A stretch of DNA of 64,000 nucleotides. It comes from the human T2T-CHM13v2.0 reference genome, Homo sapiens. Under the pieces are notes generated by a model. That model was not told where the DNA came from. It made no database searches and saw only the letters and a list, made by a program, of their open reading frames with translations. Positions within the stretch are counted from its first letter, which is position 1. Every line of letters begins with the position of its first letter. The position numbers and the translations under genes are program-made. The stretch lies in NCBI RefSeq assembly GCF_009914755.1, contig NC_060925.1, one strand, 5' to 3'. Shown one piece after another: positions 12,331-24,515 of the stretch.

Positions 12331-13469
12331 AGGGCAGATATTCTGGCCCCTATGCTGCAGGAAAGCCCTTCTGAGCACTGACTGGTCCAGGCCCAGTGCC
12401 CTCGGGGAAACTGTTGTCCCTCTTAGAGCCTCAGGGTCCCTCTCAGGCAGTGTAGAGGTGGGGCTCTGTGTCCTGCCGATGGTCCCTGCAGCCTTGACCT
12501 GATTCCTGACCCCCACCCCTATCCTGACCTTCAGTCTCTAGGCCCTGTGCCTCCCTCTTCCTCTGCACCCTGCTGCGGCCCCCACCCACCCACCACAAAC
12601 CCTGCCACAGAGCCCCAATGATGGCGATTGCCCCTTCTAATTGCAGCCACACTCCCAAAGCCACGTTCAGTTATCACAGAGGGTGCAGATCTCACAGCTC
12701 AGCCTCCTCAGTCCCAGGCCCTCGGGGCCAGCTCAGGAACGGAGGGAACTAATTACATTTTTCCCATCCCCTTCTTTTAAAGTAGGGGAGCGCGCCGGCA
12801 TGTCCCAGGGGAGGGGGCGGTGAGCAGAGGCTGTGGAAGGGGGGCCCCCACCCCCAAACCAGCAAGCCTCTCCCCAGCAGACGGAAGGGAGGGTGAGGCT
12901 GGCCTCTTATTGATTTAGTCTGGTCGAGGCTGGGACTGATTTGGAGTAGAGGGAGAGGAAGGGGTTGGGGGTGGGGTAGGGGCCGTGGCGGGTGGGGGGA
13001 AATGGAGGAGGAAGGGAGAGGAAGGGACGGCTGTCTGTCAGCCTGATGGACAGCCCTGAGATTTGCCTTCAGATAAAACCTTACAGATGTGGAGGTCGGT
13101 ATTGATTTTGAGTTAGTAATGGTAACCTACCAAGAAGTAATACATTAGTGAAAGCAAGGTCACCAGGAAAAAAGTAAAATCTACCCGGGGAGAGGCCTTA
13201 GCATTCTTGAGAGGGGTGGATTACTGCATCAGACCTGAACTTCCTCAAGTTGAAAAGTTTGCAGGCTCCGGACCTCAGCTGGATTCCTAACTGTGGACCA
13301 ATGCTTCCTGCTTCTGCAGGCCAAGAGGGAGCCCTAAAGGTCCCCGGGAAGCCAGAGGCCAGCGAGGGGCATTTAGGCCCATAGGGCTCTGTGCAGTGAG
13401 GTTGCCAAACCTCTCCCTGTGTGCTCTCCAGCACAGCTGGTGGCAGGGAAAGAGCACAGCTAGGGACCC

Positions 13470-13610
13470 GGGAGACCTGGGTGCAAATCCCAGCTCTGCC
13501 ACTTACCGGCTGTGTGGTTGTGGGTGAGCCCTTTTGCTTCCTCGTGTCTCAATTTCCCCATCTGCATAATGGGAGTAATGATACCCCATCTGCTTGAGGA
13601 GTCCATGAAC
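13470..13610 (+). mobile_element. MIR
   Basis: cctgggtgcaaatcccagctctgccacttacc...tttccccatctgcataatggg. Confidence 0.85.
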
Positions 13611-14059
13611 TGGCCAATATATGACTCAGGCCTTGTGGTCTTCATCAGTGAGTGTTCTCCCCTCCCGCCGCTCTCCAGTTGGGTCCTGTCCCATTAGCTT
13701 AGACGCTGCCCTGCCTGGAGACAGGGGGTTGGATGAAATGGAAGCCCTTTGATCCACAGACCCCCAGGGGCTCTGGGAGAGAGTAAGCAGTGGCAGCACA
13801 TCCTCCATTCACACCCTCCCCAGATGTGGATTTGATTTGATGTTCCAGGGCAAATCCCATTGAGCAAATCCCATTACGGGAAAAGCTCCCTGGACCCAAG
13901 CTGTTTCTGAGCTGTCAGTTCACAGCCCAGGGTCCAAGGCCTCTTGAGCCACCGGGCACCACCCAAGCCCCTTCTGAGAAAGGACTGCACAAGCCCTCGC
14001 AGCTCCTGGAATTTTTACTCTCCGCCTTCACCTTCTTGCTATTTCCTAAACCTGCTGGG

Positions 14060-14620
14060 TGTATCTCGTGATTCAGCCCCCTCAGCCCCAGGGACCTCAG
14101 GGCCTTTGCACTTGCTGACTTCTCTGCCTGGAAAGCTCCCCTGCCTCGTCTTCTCAGGGCTGTTCTTTCTGGTCTTGCTGGATATCACATCTTTGGGGAG
14201 GTCTTGCCTGACTGCCCCACATAGCCCCTTATTTTTCCTCCGTAGCATTTATCAGTATCAGAAATTATATTATTTGTTCACTTGTTTATTGTCAGCTTCG
14301 TTCCTTAGGCCGACAGCTCCAGGAGGACATGGGATTGGCATTTTTCATGGCTGTGTCCCCAGTGCCTGGCTTAGTGTCTGGCATATAATAGGTGCTCAGT
14401 AAATGTTTGTTAAAGGAATACACATGAATTCAGCAGAGGTTTTCTGAGCTCAGAATATGTAGCAAGTACCACGTAGGCACTGGGACTACAGAGACAGACA
14501 AAATGCAGTTCCATCCTGCTCTCAAAGAGCTCATAGTCCAGCCCTAGCTCCAGACTGGCACATAGTAGCACCCTATGAAATGCTTGTTGGACGAATACGT
14601 GAATGAATGAAGGATATCTT
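14060..14620. mobile_element. L2 3'-end fragments
   Basis: cctcagggcctttgcacttgctg...gtgtctggcatataataggtgctcagtaaatgtttgttaaa, and a later gaatgaatgaa tail. Confidence 0.75.
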
Positions 14621-17600
14621 CAAGAAATACCACATTGTTTGGGATAGCTGGAAGGTAAAGTGCAGGGTAGAAAGGGGTGAAAGGAGTTGGGACAGGCAGC
14701 TAGAGGTCTGGTCACTAGGAGCTTTTGCTGAGAGATAATGGGGAGCCATTCATAATTCTTGAGTGATACTGTCAGATTGGGCAGCAGTTCTGTGCAGGTC
14801 TCTGTCTTAGAGGATGAGTAGTGGGACTACACATAGCTCTCAGCCTGTCTCAAAACATCCTCGTCCTCTTCCTAACCATCCCCCGACTCCTCCCCTCCCA
14901 TCATCCCATCCGGGCTTGGCATCCTGGGGATGGGCAGGAGGGAAGGATCAAACTGGAGTCTCACGGGAGCTGACAAACCCTCCCAGTAGTCTCCCAGCCC
15001 CCGTCAACTGTCCTTCTGAAAGAAGTGATCTGGAGCCTGAGTGTTTTTTCTGAGCCTCTAAGTCTATTCTTGGAGTCCAGGCCTCCTTTGAGCAGGGAGC
15101 AGGGTCCGTGTTTGTGTTGGGTGAGAAAGGAGATGGGTGGGAAAAGGTCTAGACTGAGAACCCCAGGGTAGACTCAGATTCCTGAGTCTGCCCTGGGACC
15201 TTGCTCTCCTCCCCAAGCCCCTTAGCACATTCTTCAAGCTAAGGAGATCCCATCTTGACAGACAGAAAGCAACAAACACAGTCCCACAGTGTCAGACACC
15301 CTCACATACCACTACCCCAGCACCCTACTGTTGACCCGACCACAACAAAGATCTCAGAAGCACATTCAACACAGAGCGAGTTAGGGAGACCTCAGCTCCC
15401 TAAAGTAGTGCTAGTGTCCAAAGGACTCTAGACCCTCCCCAGCCCAGCCTCCTGCCTCCCAGGCAGACTTTCTCTCTCCTTCTTGCAAACCCATTCCAGT
15501 GTGTCTTTGCCATCTTGATGAGGTTGACACACCCCTATGTCCCACCCAAATCTCCCCAGCTGTGTGGAGATGAAGACTAGCCAGTTGACGGTCTCAGCTG
15601 GTCTGAGCTCTGAGCTCTGGTTCTGGGGTGAGAGTGACAGAGGGAAAAGGTGGAGGAGGGGAGACCCCCAGGGCTGAGGGCATGGGGGAAAGAACCAGGC
15701 AGAGGCTCTGCTCAAGACATTCCAGAGGACCTAAGCTTCCCCCAGAGCAAGGGACCCCACCCCACTCACCCCACATTAGCTGCCCAGGAAACAAACTACT
15801 GCTGGTCCTTGGAGTGAGACCCTCTAAAGTGATCAGATGCCTCAACCTCATTCATTCTTGAGAGTTGAACTTGACATTTTGCAGGTGAGCCAGGGTCAGG
15901 CGAACTGAGCCCTGGGCCTGCTGTGAGATCTAGGGAAGCCACGGCCCCTTTGCGGGCCTCAGTTTTTCATCTGGGAAATGGGCATCCTAGCTTTGCCCCA
16001 CAAATCTCTGTGAGCTTTTGGGTTGGGAGAGTCAAATGAGTTAACTGCTCAGGGATACTCCCGAGGTTACACAGCTGGTAAACGGAGGAGCTCGCTGTCT
16101 GTCCCTAGCCCGAGGAATCCATCAGTGCCCTCGACTGTGGCCAGGCCTCAATGCCTGTGGCACAAGCCAATAATAAAGGCAAAGGTAAAAATCTTCAGAA
16201 GGTGTCTAGTCGGCAAAACGATCACTGCTCGAATGCCCGCAGCCTGCTTTCTTACCCTGTAAGGGGAGTCAGGGAACTCAACTGTGTGCCCAGCAGGGAT
16301 TGCCACGTGGTTCTCCGTCTCGGTGCTGGGCAGATTATCAGCAAAGCCGTCCCCACCTCATACTCAGGGTCTTCCTCCCATAAAGGGCGGCATCACCAGG
16401 AGGTCATCAGGGGCCTGGGCCCTGCAGGTTAGGTTCACGAGGGCCTGCCTCTCCCTCCTACCCTCTCCCCTGCCCTCCTCTGAACTCACTGGGACACTGT
16501 GCCCTCTCTCTCCTGCCCTCTCCCCTGCTCTGCTCTGAACTGACTGGGACACTGTGCCCTCCCACTCTCCAGGAGCTCCTGCTGCACCACTCCCAGTCCC
16601 ACCCCAGGAAAGCACTGCTTCTCCCCGTCCTCTTTCCTGGAGAGCTAGACAGCAGGTTCCACCTCCCCTAGATTTCCCAGACTGCCAAGGATGACTGGGT
16701 GCCCTCCTCTGTGTCCTTTGATAGATAAGATGCCTGTATCACTACTCCATGTCTCTATGATCTTTGCTAGTAGCTTCCCTCACCCGACCCAGACCCTTCC
16801 TCCTCCTCTCCCCCGACCGAGGGCAGGGACCATGGCTCTTTCTCCTCTGAAGTCTCAGAGCCTTCAGCTCTCAGCCTGGGGCCAGAGTCACCATCCATGC
16901 CTGTTTGTGGAGTAAACAAGTGAACATCCCAGTAAGTGAACACCTGGACCTCCATCCAGGTCCCCTAAGCTGAGCTTCTAGAGACAAGCCTCCCCTGGTA
17001 GTCTGTGTTGCCAGCACTGACAGTGAGTTCCTATTTGCGGAACCTGGCCAGGCAGGGAAGGAGGGGATGCTCACAGACCTCAGGAGCTGGTAGAATCAAA
17101 GGAAGGGGCCTGAGAGGCTCTTTGAAAGCATTGGCTGTGGGCTTCAGTGTCGAAGGGGCAGGAACCTCAGAGTCCGGAGGAGTGGCAGGCAGAGCAAGCC
17201 ACACACAGTGACAGCAGACAGATCAAGAGTCCTGCTGTAATGTTTGTGTTAGAAGATGGGGCCATCCCAGTCTGATGGGGGAGGCACAGTTCTCTGAGCT
17301 TGGAGAACTCCCTGACTGATGGGAGAGGCCTCATTAGCCAGTTCGTTCATTCATGCATTCATTCATGCATTTATTCATTCAATAGACAGGCCCAGAGTGA
17401 CCCTTAGGGCCAGACCCTGGAGCTAGAGAGGCGAGTAAGGCCCTGCTGAGTTCTCAGTGGAAGGAGGATCCCTGGGTCAGGACCCTCCTTCAAGAGAAAC
17501 ACCGAAGACCAGCAGCCATCCCATGCATGAGGGCACGCAAATCAGGTAAACTGAGGACCTCGAAGCTACAGAGACTTCAAGGGAACAACTCTGGCAAAGA

Positions 17601-17692
17601 GTGTTCCAGGGCCAGCCTGGCATTGTGCCCAGTGTGCTCGTGTCTCTGGGGTCTGTCCGGTGAGCCTGGCACTAATGGCCTTTTCCCCACAG

Positions 17693-17939
17693 GTGATGAG
17701 CATCTTGGGCAACCCCAGTGCGGTGCCCCCGCAGCCACAGGCTGACTTCTCCATCTCCCCGCTGCATGGCGGCCTGGACTCGGCCACCTCCATCTCAGCC
17801 AGCTGCAGCCAGCGGGCCGACTCCATCAAGCCAGGAGACAGCCTGCCCACCTCCCAGGCCTACTGCCCACCCACCTACAGCACCACCGGCTACAGCGTGG
17901 ACCCCGTGGCCGGCTATCAGTACGGCCAGTACGGCCAGA
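17693..17939 (+). CDS. PAX7: PAX7 exon 8 (Pro/Ser/Thr/Tyr-rich C-terminal transactivation region)
   Basis: Translates [82 protein letters not shown], recognised as PAX7. AG acceptor at 17691-17692, donor A|GTGAGT at 17940. Length 247 nt (phase 0 in, phase 1 out), matching the phase of exon 9. Confidence 0.98.
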
Positions 17940-18100
17940 GTGAGTGCCTGGTGCCCTGGGCGTCCCCCGTCCCCATTCCTTCTCCCACCCCCAGGGCCTC
18001 CTGCTTGTTTATGGAGAGCTACAAGGTGGTGTCAGGGTGGGGAATGTCCATTTCACAGATGGAAAAATTGAAGTCCAGCCAGATGGAACAGTTCACCTAA
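17940..18100 (+). CDS. PAX7: PAX7 exon 8 read-through extension: alternative 53-aa C-terminus ([10 protein letters not shown]...SSQMEQFT*)
   Basis: The frame stays open through the donor site to TAA at 18098-18100 (ORF 17660..18100), followed by AATAAA at 18175. Matches the known human PAX7 isoform ending ...MEQFT, 15 aa longer than the exon 9 isoform. Confidence 0.9.
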
Positions 18101-18158
18101 AATGACACTGAGTTGGGCAAAACCCAGGACATCTCCTGGCTAAGCCTCTGCTTCCGTA
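18045..18158 (-). mobile_element. Degenerate MIR overlapping the PAX7 read-through CDS end and short 3'UTR
   Basis: ccatttcacagatggaaaaattga (18048-18071) is 22/24 identical to the clear MIR copy at 53028-53051. The ungapped match to the MIR core continues through the stop codon, with mostly transition differences. Confidence 0.75.
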
Positions 18159-18174
18159 CTATGGCTCCAACAGA

Positions 18175-18180
18175 AATAAA
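18175..18180 (+). terminator. PAX7: Proximal poly(A) signal for the exon 8 read-through isoform
   Basis: AATAAA 74 nt after the read-through stop; the downstream U/GU element is weak. Confidence 0.75.
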
Positions 18181-18212
18181 ATACACAACACAAATATCAC
18201 TTAACATTTCTA

Positions 18213-18543
<331 letters not shown>

Positions 18544-19509
18544 TCAAGGAGAAGAAACAATGGAATTATTTTTACTAACATTTTATTTAACCCAGTACAT
18601 CCAAAAGATTATCATTTCAAAATGCAATTCATATATAATTATTGAGATATTTTACATTCTCTTCTTTATGCTATGTCTTTGACATCATGTGTGTGTTTTA
18701 CACTTACAGCCCATTTTAATTCGGACACTGAGTTTTCAACAGAAATACTTGATCTGTATTTAAATTTCATATAGTTTGCAACTGAGAAAATATACTTACA
18801 AACCCAAAGTGTTCCAAATTGTAAGTTTTCCAACTACTAAATAACCCAATTGAAGATTGGTTTTTGACTTTAAATTAGTTCAAGTGAAATCGGCATTTGA
18901 AATTCTGTTTCCCAGTCGCACTAGCCACATTTCAAGTGCTCAGCAGCCATGTGCTGCTGGTGGCCACTGTGCTGGACAGCTCAGTGGGAGACCCTGCCCC
19001 TTCTGCCGCAGGGCATGGGAAAGCTGTGTTTCCAACTCTCTCCTCCACTCCAAACTCTGCAATGGTCTCATGCACCCATCCCAGCTGCTATCCCCTTTGT
19101 GCCTTGCCTTGAGGCAGGGACCGTGGATCCTCACACCAAAGGCTGGAAAACGCAGGCCTGGACACAGCCTCCACCGCCTGGCAAGGCCAGCAGCAGGGCA
19201 GGTCCAGATGGGACAGGGAGCCAGAGGTCATGGGTCACTTTCCTGCCCCACCGCCCTGCAAAGGCCTCACCTGCTGGTGTCAAACTAATCAGAAGGGCGT
19301 GTGGCAAGAGGGTGAGGCCCCCATCCCTGAGGGTGTCCTCTCCCCCAGCCCAGCCCTGGGCCAGCCTTTCTGACCTCTGCTTCCTGCCCACCCCCCCAAA
19401 CCCACTCCTCTTCACGTGTCGTTGGCCTCCACTGCCAAATGAGGGCCACTGCCAAATGAGGGCCAGCTATGTCGGCCTCCACCTCCCAGCTGTGTTCACA
19501 ACCCTTCCT

Positions 19510-20280
19510 GTGCATGTACATGTTTGCATATGTGTATGTACACATGTGTGTATGGGTGTTTGTGAGTACGTATGTTGGGACATGTTACAATTCTTGTGTG
19601 TGTGTGCATGTGATGCTTCTATTTCAGCACCCATGTGTTATTGCATGCATCTTTGCATATGCGCGAATACATGTATGTGTCAGTGGGCACATGTGAGCAT
19701 ATGTGTATATGACTTCACATGCGTGCACATAAATGAGCATATTGTGCATACATGATGTGCACATCTGTGTGTGTGAACACACATGTGCACACATATATGT
19801 AAGTATATGTATCTGCTTAAACATGTTTAAATGTGCATTCAAGTCTGTACATATGGTTGAGCGTGTCTTTATGTGTGCCTCCATGTTTGGCATAGGTATG
19901 CATATGTCAATATGTAGATAGGTATAATGAATATGTATGCGTGTGTATAGATGTATATGAGTGTGCAAACATGTGACTGTATGTACATGTGTATAGCCAT
20001 GCATTGAGGCATGCACACATGCTTGAGTGTGTCTGTGATTGTGTGTTTGGAAGTACCTGTGTGTGGACACATATTCTGTGTGCAGTGTGTAAATAGGGGT
20101 GAGTGTATGAGTGTATGTTTGAGTATGTCATAGGTGTGGCTGTGTGTACATGTGTATGGATGTACATCTGGGTGTAGACATACACTGTGTCTGTGTGTAT
20201 AACTGTGTGTGTGTGTGTGTGAATGTGTACGTGGGGGTCTGCATGTATATTTGAGAGCAGGGTGCACGCATGTGCATGGG
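19510..20280. repeat. Degenerate (TG/TATG/CATG)n low-complexity tract
   Basis: About 770 bp of purine-pyrimidine-alternating decayed microsatellite. Confidence 0.9.
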
Positions 20281-22689
20281 AGAATTTCCAGAGGGTCCCA
20301 GGGTGACCTCCTGACCCAGCCCGTGTTCCTGGGCATGCAGCAGGACACACATGCTCTTGATAAATATTTTAGAGTGACCCCAGCGGCAGCGGCAGCCCCG
20401 GCCTGGGGCAGGCGTTAGTCACACCCAAGCTCGGTGCCCTGCTCCAGGGGCGCCTGCTCAATTCGGAAATAAAATTAACCCCAAAGTCAGCATGGGGGCA
20501 GCAGGGGAGGGGATCAAAAGGGAAGGGGCCTAGGAGGCGAGAAAGGAGGGTTTGTTCTCCTCTTGCTTGGACAAAGCCAGCCAGAGCAGCTTCCTCCTCC
20601 CCCACCACCCCCTACTCCATTCTTCTCTTTTCCATCCTCTCTTTCCACTCCCTTCTCCTCCTGTCACTCCCCTTCCAGCTCCACCCCTGCTGCCCTGGCT
20701 TCTCCAGGAATAGCTCAGAGCTCCTCTTGGCCACATTCTCCAGCCCTCCCCAAAGGGAGCCCAGCACAGACCCCAACTCACCCCACAGAGACTCTGGGCC
20801 CAAGCTGGGAGGGAAGGGCTGGAGGAAAAGCCCCCTCCTCTGCCCCCAATTAGTGCAGGCAGCCACACACTTGCCTCTCTGAGCCTCAGTCTTCCCATCT
20901 GTGAAATGGAGGCCACGAATTAGACTTAGCCGTCTCAAAGTGTTTCCATTGCACCACCTCCCTCTCCTTTGGCATTTTGGAGGCCCTGAGACACATCATG
21001 TTCCCGCTAACCACTTGCCCCACATCCCTGGGCAACTTAATCCATCTGTGGCTGGGATGCCCCAGTGTGTGTGCAAGAGTCCCATGTCCTGGACTGTGCC
21101 CGCCTATGCCCAGGTCCATCTGTCCTCCCTTAACACCTGCCCTCTGCCCAAGTTCATCCCACAGGGCACTGGGCAAAATGCATGCTCCTCATTCATGTCA
21201 TTCTCTAAGTTATTTGTCCCCAGGTTGCAGGTGCAAAAACGAGGCTCAGAGAGGCGAGGTAGCTTTTCCAAAATCCCACAGCATGGCAATGGTGGACCCA
21301 AAGTCTTCTAACTTCAAACCACAGATTTGTGGAGGCCACTGAGCAGCGATACACACCTGAGCCCACCCATGCGTGGATTCATGTCCACAGCTTCACATGC
21401 ATGTGCATATGGATAGACACACACGCAGAGAGAGGGGTTTATATGTGAGTGTTCACTAATGTGTGTACACAGCTTTAAGATATAAATATACAAAATGTGC
21501 ATGTGTAAAGGAAGGAGGAACGACCATTTATTGAGCATCTACTATGGGTCTAGCATTTCATCCTTATGCCACCCTATGCAGTACACGTGGTTATTCCCAT
21601 TGGACAGATGAGGAAATGGGATCCCAGAGAGGCTGTTTATGCAAGGTCACCCGGCAGCCCATACTGATGTGTACACAGCCACACCTGCAGCCTGGTTCCT
21701 GGAGAGCCACCTTCAGGTGTGCATGGAACAAGCCTACACATGGGCCAAACTCTTAGGCCCCAGAGTACTCCTCCTCTTCTCCGTGGGCTTCTCATCTTCC
21801 CAGGGACACCTTCACTCCTTTTCCTGCTCTGGCCATTGTCCATCCACCTGTCCGTCTTTCCTCGTCTCTAGGGGAGTGGGGGCAGGGGCCCAGGGATGGG
21901 GCACATGGCAGATTAATACGGCCCTGGTGTTCCCAGAGGCCAGGGCTGTACTAATAATGGGGCTGATAGAACGCTGAAGTGTGAAAAGAATTTTAATAGA
22001 TCTGACAAGTCTAATAAGAATTTGTGTCTAGAAGGGTCCTCCTCTGGGGCTGCGGGCTGACGAGGCGCTGACGGCTGAGATTGTTTACCGGTTGGCATCA
22101 CCACCACATCTCCTGCCAACTCCCAATTAATCTAATTTGAGACATTTAGAGCCCAGCCACGGGCGCGAGGCAGAAGAGGGGAGATGCGGAGAGACAGAGG
22201 GACAGGGAGGGCCGTTGACGGAGGCCATAATAAGAGATGTCACAACCCTGCCCTCGCCGGCCCCTCGGCTCCACCCCTGGGAGAGGCAGGCTGTGCAGCC
22301 TGTTGGGTGCCCTTGAAGTTGGCAGGGTCATCAGGAAAGTTTGGCTTCCTGGTGTTTCCTTGGCTACCTAGACAGGGCCTGGCAAGCTCCTACTGTGTGC
22401 TGGGCCCATGGGCTGGTCGCTGGGAGAGGCTGACAAGGATAAGGCACGCAGAGTGGCCAGAGGCACAAGCAGGACCAATGCAGACTCCTCCTCCATGTCA
22501 CGCACTGCATGTGACTCTGGGCCAGCGACCTCTCCGTACCTCAGTTTCCTCATTTATAGAAGGAGAACGCTGATACCTAAAGCATGGGGCAGTTGAAAGA
22601 AATAGATGTGGTCATGCCTGCCAGCACACAGTAGGTGGTCCATACATGAGGGTGCTCGCCTTGTTGTTCTGATTATTATTCAAAGCCAG

Positions 22690-23680
22690 TGAAAACTAGA
22701 ACTACCATATTTATCAAAAGGATAGGAATCAGTGTATCAAAGGGATGCCTGCACTCCCATGTTTATTGCAAAACCATTCACAATAGCCAAGACGTAGAAT
22801 CAACCTAAGTATCCATCAACAGATGAATGGATAAAGAACATATAGTGTATCTACCCAGTGGAATACTATTCAGCCATAAAAAAGAATAAAATCCTGTCAT
22901 CTGCAGCAACATGGATGGAACTGCAGGTCATTTTGTTAAGTAACATAAGCCAGGCACAGAGAGACAAACATCACATGTTCTCATATATGGGAGCTAAGAA
23001 GGTTGATCTCATGGAGGTAGAGAGTCAAATGATGGTTACTAGAGGCAGGGAAGCAGGGAGGGAGATGAAGAGAGGTTGGTTAATGGGTGCAAACATACAG
23101 TTAGATAGAAGGAATAAGCTCTAGTGTTTGATAACAGAATAGGGTGACTACAGCTAACAACAATGTATTGTATATTTCAAAATAGCTAGAAGAGAGGATT
23201 TGAAACACATAGAAATGATAAATACTGGGCCAGGCATGGTGGCTCACACCTGTCATCCCAGCACTTTGGGAGGCCAAAGTGGGCAGATCACCTGAGGTCG
23301 GGAGTTTGAGACCAGCCTGGCCAACATGGTGAAACCCCATCTCTACTAAAAAATACAAAAATTAGCCAGGTGTATTGGTGGGCACCTGTAATCCCAGCTA
23401 CTTGGGAGACTGAGGCAGGAGAATTGCTTGAACTCGGGAGGCGGAGGCTGCAATGAGCCAAGATTGCACTGTTGCACTACAGCCTGGGAGACAGAGTGAG
23501 ACTCCGTCTCAAAAAGAAAAAAAAAAAGAAAGAAAGAAAGAAAAGATAAGATAAATCCTGAAGGTGATGGATGCCCTAAACAGCCTTACTTGATCATTAC
23601 ACATTCTATGCACGTAGCAAAACATCAGAGGTACCCCCAAAAATATGTGCAAATATTATGTATCAATTGTTTAAAAAGAC
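22690..23680 (+). mobile_element. L1M(A) 3' end interrupted by an Alu
   Basis: cccatgtttattgca...caacagatgaatggataaag...gaatactattcagccataaaaaagaat (end of L1 ORF2) and a 3'UTR ending tatgtatcaattgtttaaaaa. Confidence 0.9.
23228..23545 (+). mobile_element. Alu (AluSx-like) with an A/(GAAA)n tail
   Basis: Full dimer; TSD-like gataaatactg / gataaatcctg. Confidence 0.95.
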
Positions 23681-23939
23681 AGAGCTCTCAGCCCATCCAC
23701 AGGAATAGCTGAAGAGGTTGGTGTGAGAGGCTGGCATGGTGTGAAGTAAGGAGGGGAGGCAGCGGCTGCTGTGACTCCGGGAAAGTGTCACCTGCTTTAG
23801 CGGTGTGCCCTTGGACAGATCGCTTACATTGCCTGGAGCAGAACATGGGATCAATGCAGAATTTGGGGTGCAGAGCACCTCGTGCCCTCTAGTGTTTTGC
23901 ATGTACAAAGGGTTATTCTCTAGGAGCCTGCAGGGGTGG

Positions 23940-24130
23940 CTGGGATCCAGGCTCAGACTGCCTGGGTTTGAATCCTGGCTCCACAATTTATGAACTGTGT
24001 GATCTTTGAAGTGGTGCAGTCTCTCAGAGCCTCAGTTCCATCATCTGTAAGATGCGGATACCACCACTACCAGCCTCATAGAGTTGTTGTAAGAATTAAA
24101 TGGAAAATGAGCACAAAATGCTTAGAACAG
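23940..24130 (+). mobile_element. MIR
   Basis: cagactgcctgggtttgaatcctggctcc...cctcagttccatcatctgtaagatg. Confidence 0.85.
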
Positions 24131-24211
24131 GACTAGGATAGAACAAGCTCTCTGTAAACCCTGGCTTCTCCTCTTTCTATTCCGACTGTCCCTCTAAGAA
24201 TGAGGCTTCTT

Positions 24212-24515
24212 TTTTTTTTTTTTTTTTTTTTTTTTGAGACGGAGTCTTGCTCTGTTGCCCAGGCTGGAGTGCAGTGGTGCGATCTTGGCTCACTGCAAGC
24301 TCCGCCTCCCAGGTTCATGACATTCTCCTGCCTCAGCATCCCGAGTAGCTGGGACTACTGGCATGCGCCACCACGTCCGGCTAATTTTTGTATTTTTAGT
24401 AGAGACAGGGTTTCACGGTGTTAGCCAGGATGGTCTCAATCTCCTGACCTCGTGATCCACCCACCTTGGCCTCCCAAAGTGCTGGGATTACAGGCATGAG
24501 CCACCGTGCTCGGGC
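24212..24515 (-). mobile_element. AluY-like
   Basis: Y diagnostics (cactgcaagctcc, gtgttagccaggatgg); perfect 15-bp TSD AGAATGAGGCTTCTT at 24197-24211 and 24516-24530. Confidence 0.95.

Noticed and set aside
17660-17692. ORF-track start upstream of exon 8
   Set aside because: GTG in intron sequence covering the branch point and pyrimidine tract; true coding begins at 17693 by splicing.
18949-20350. 268-aa and other Cys/His/Val-rich ORFs
   Set aside because: Translations of degenerate (TG/CA)n tracts, not zinc-finger or metallothionein genes. The same applies to 9061-9628 and 7848-8298.
22858-23124. ORF MEYYSAIKKNKILSSAATWMELQ...
   Set aside because: Remnant of the L1 ORF2 C-terminus in a truncated old L1, not a gene.
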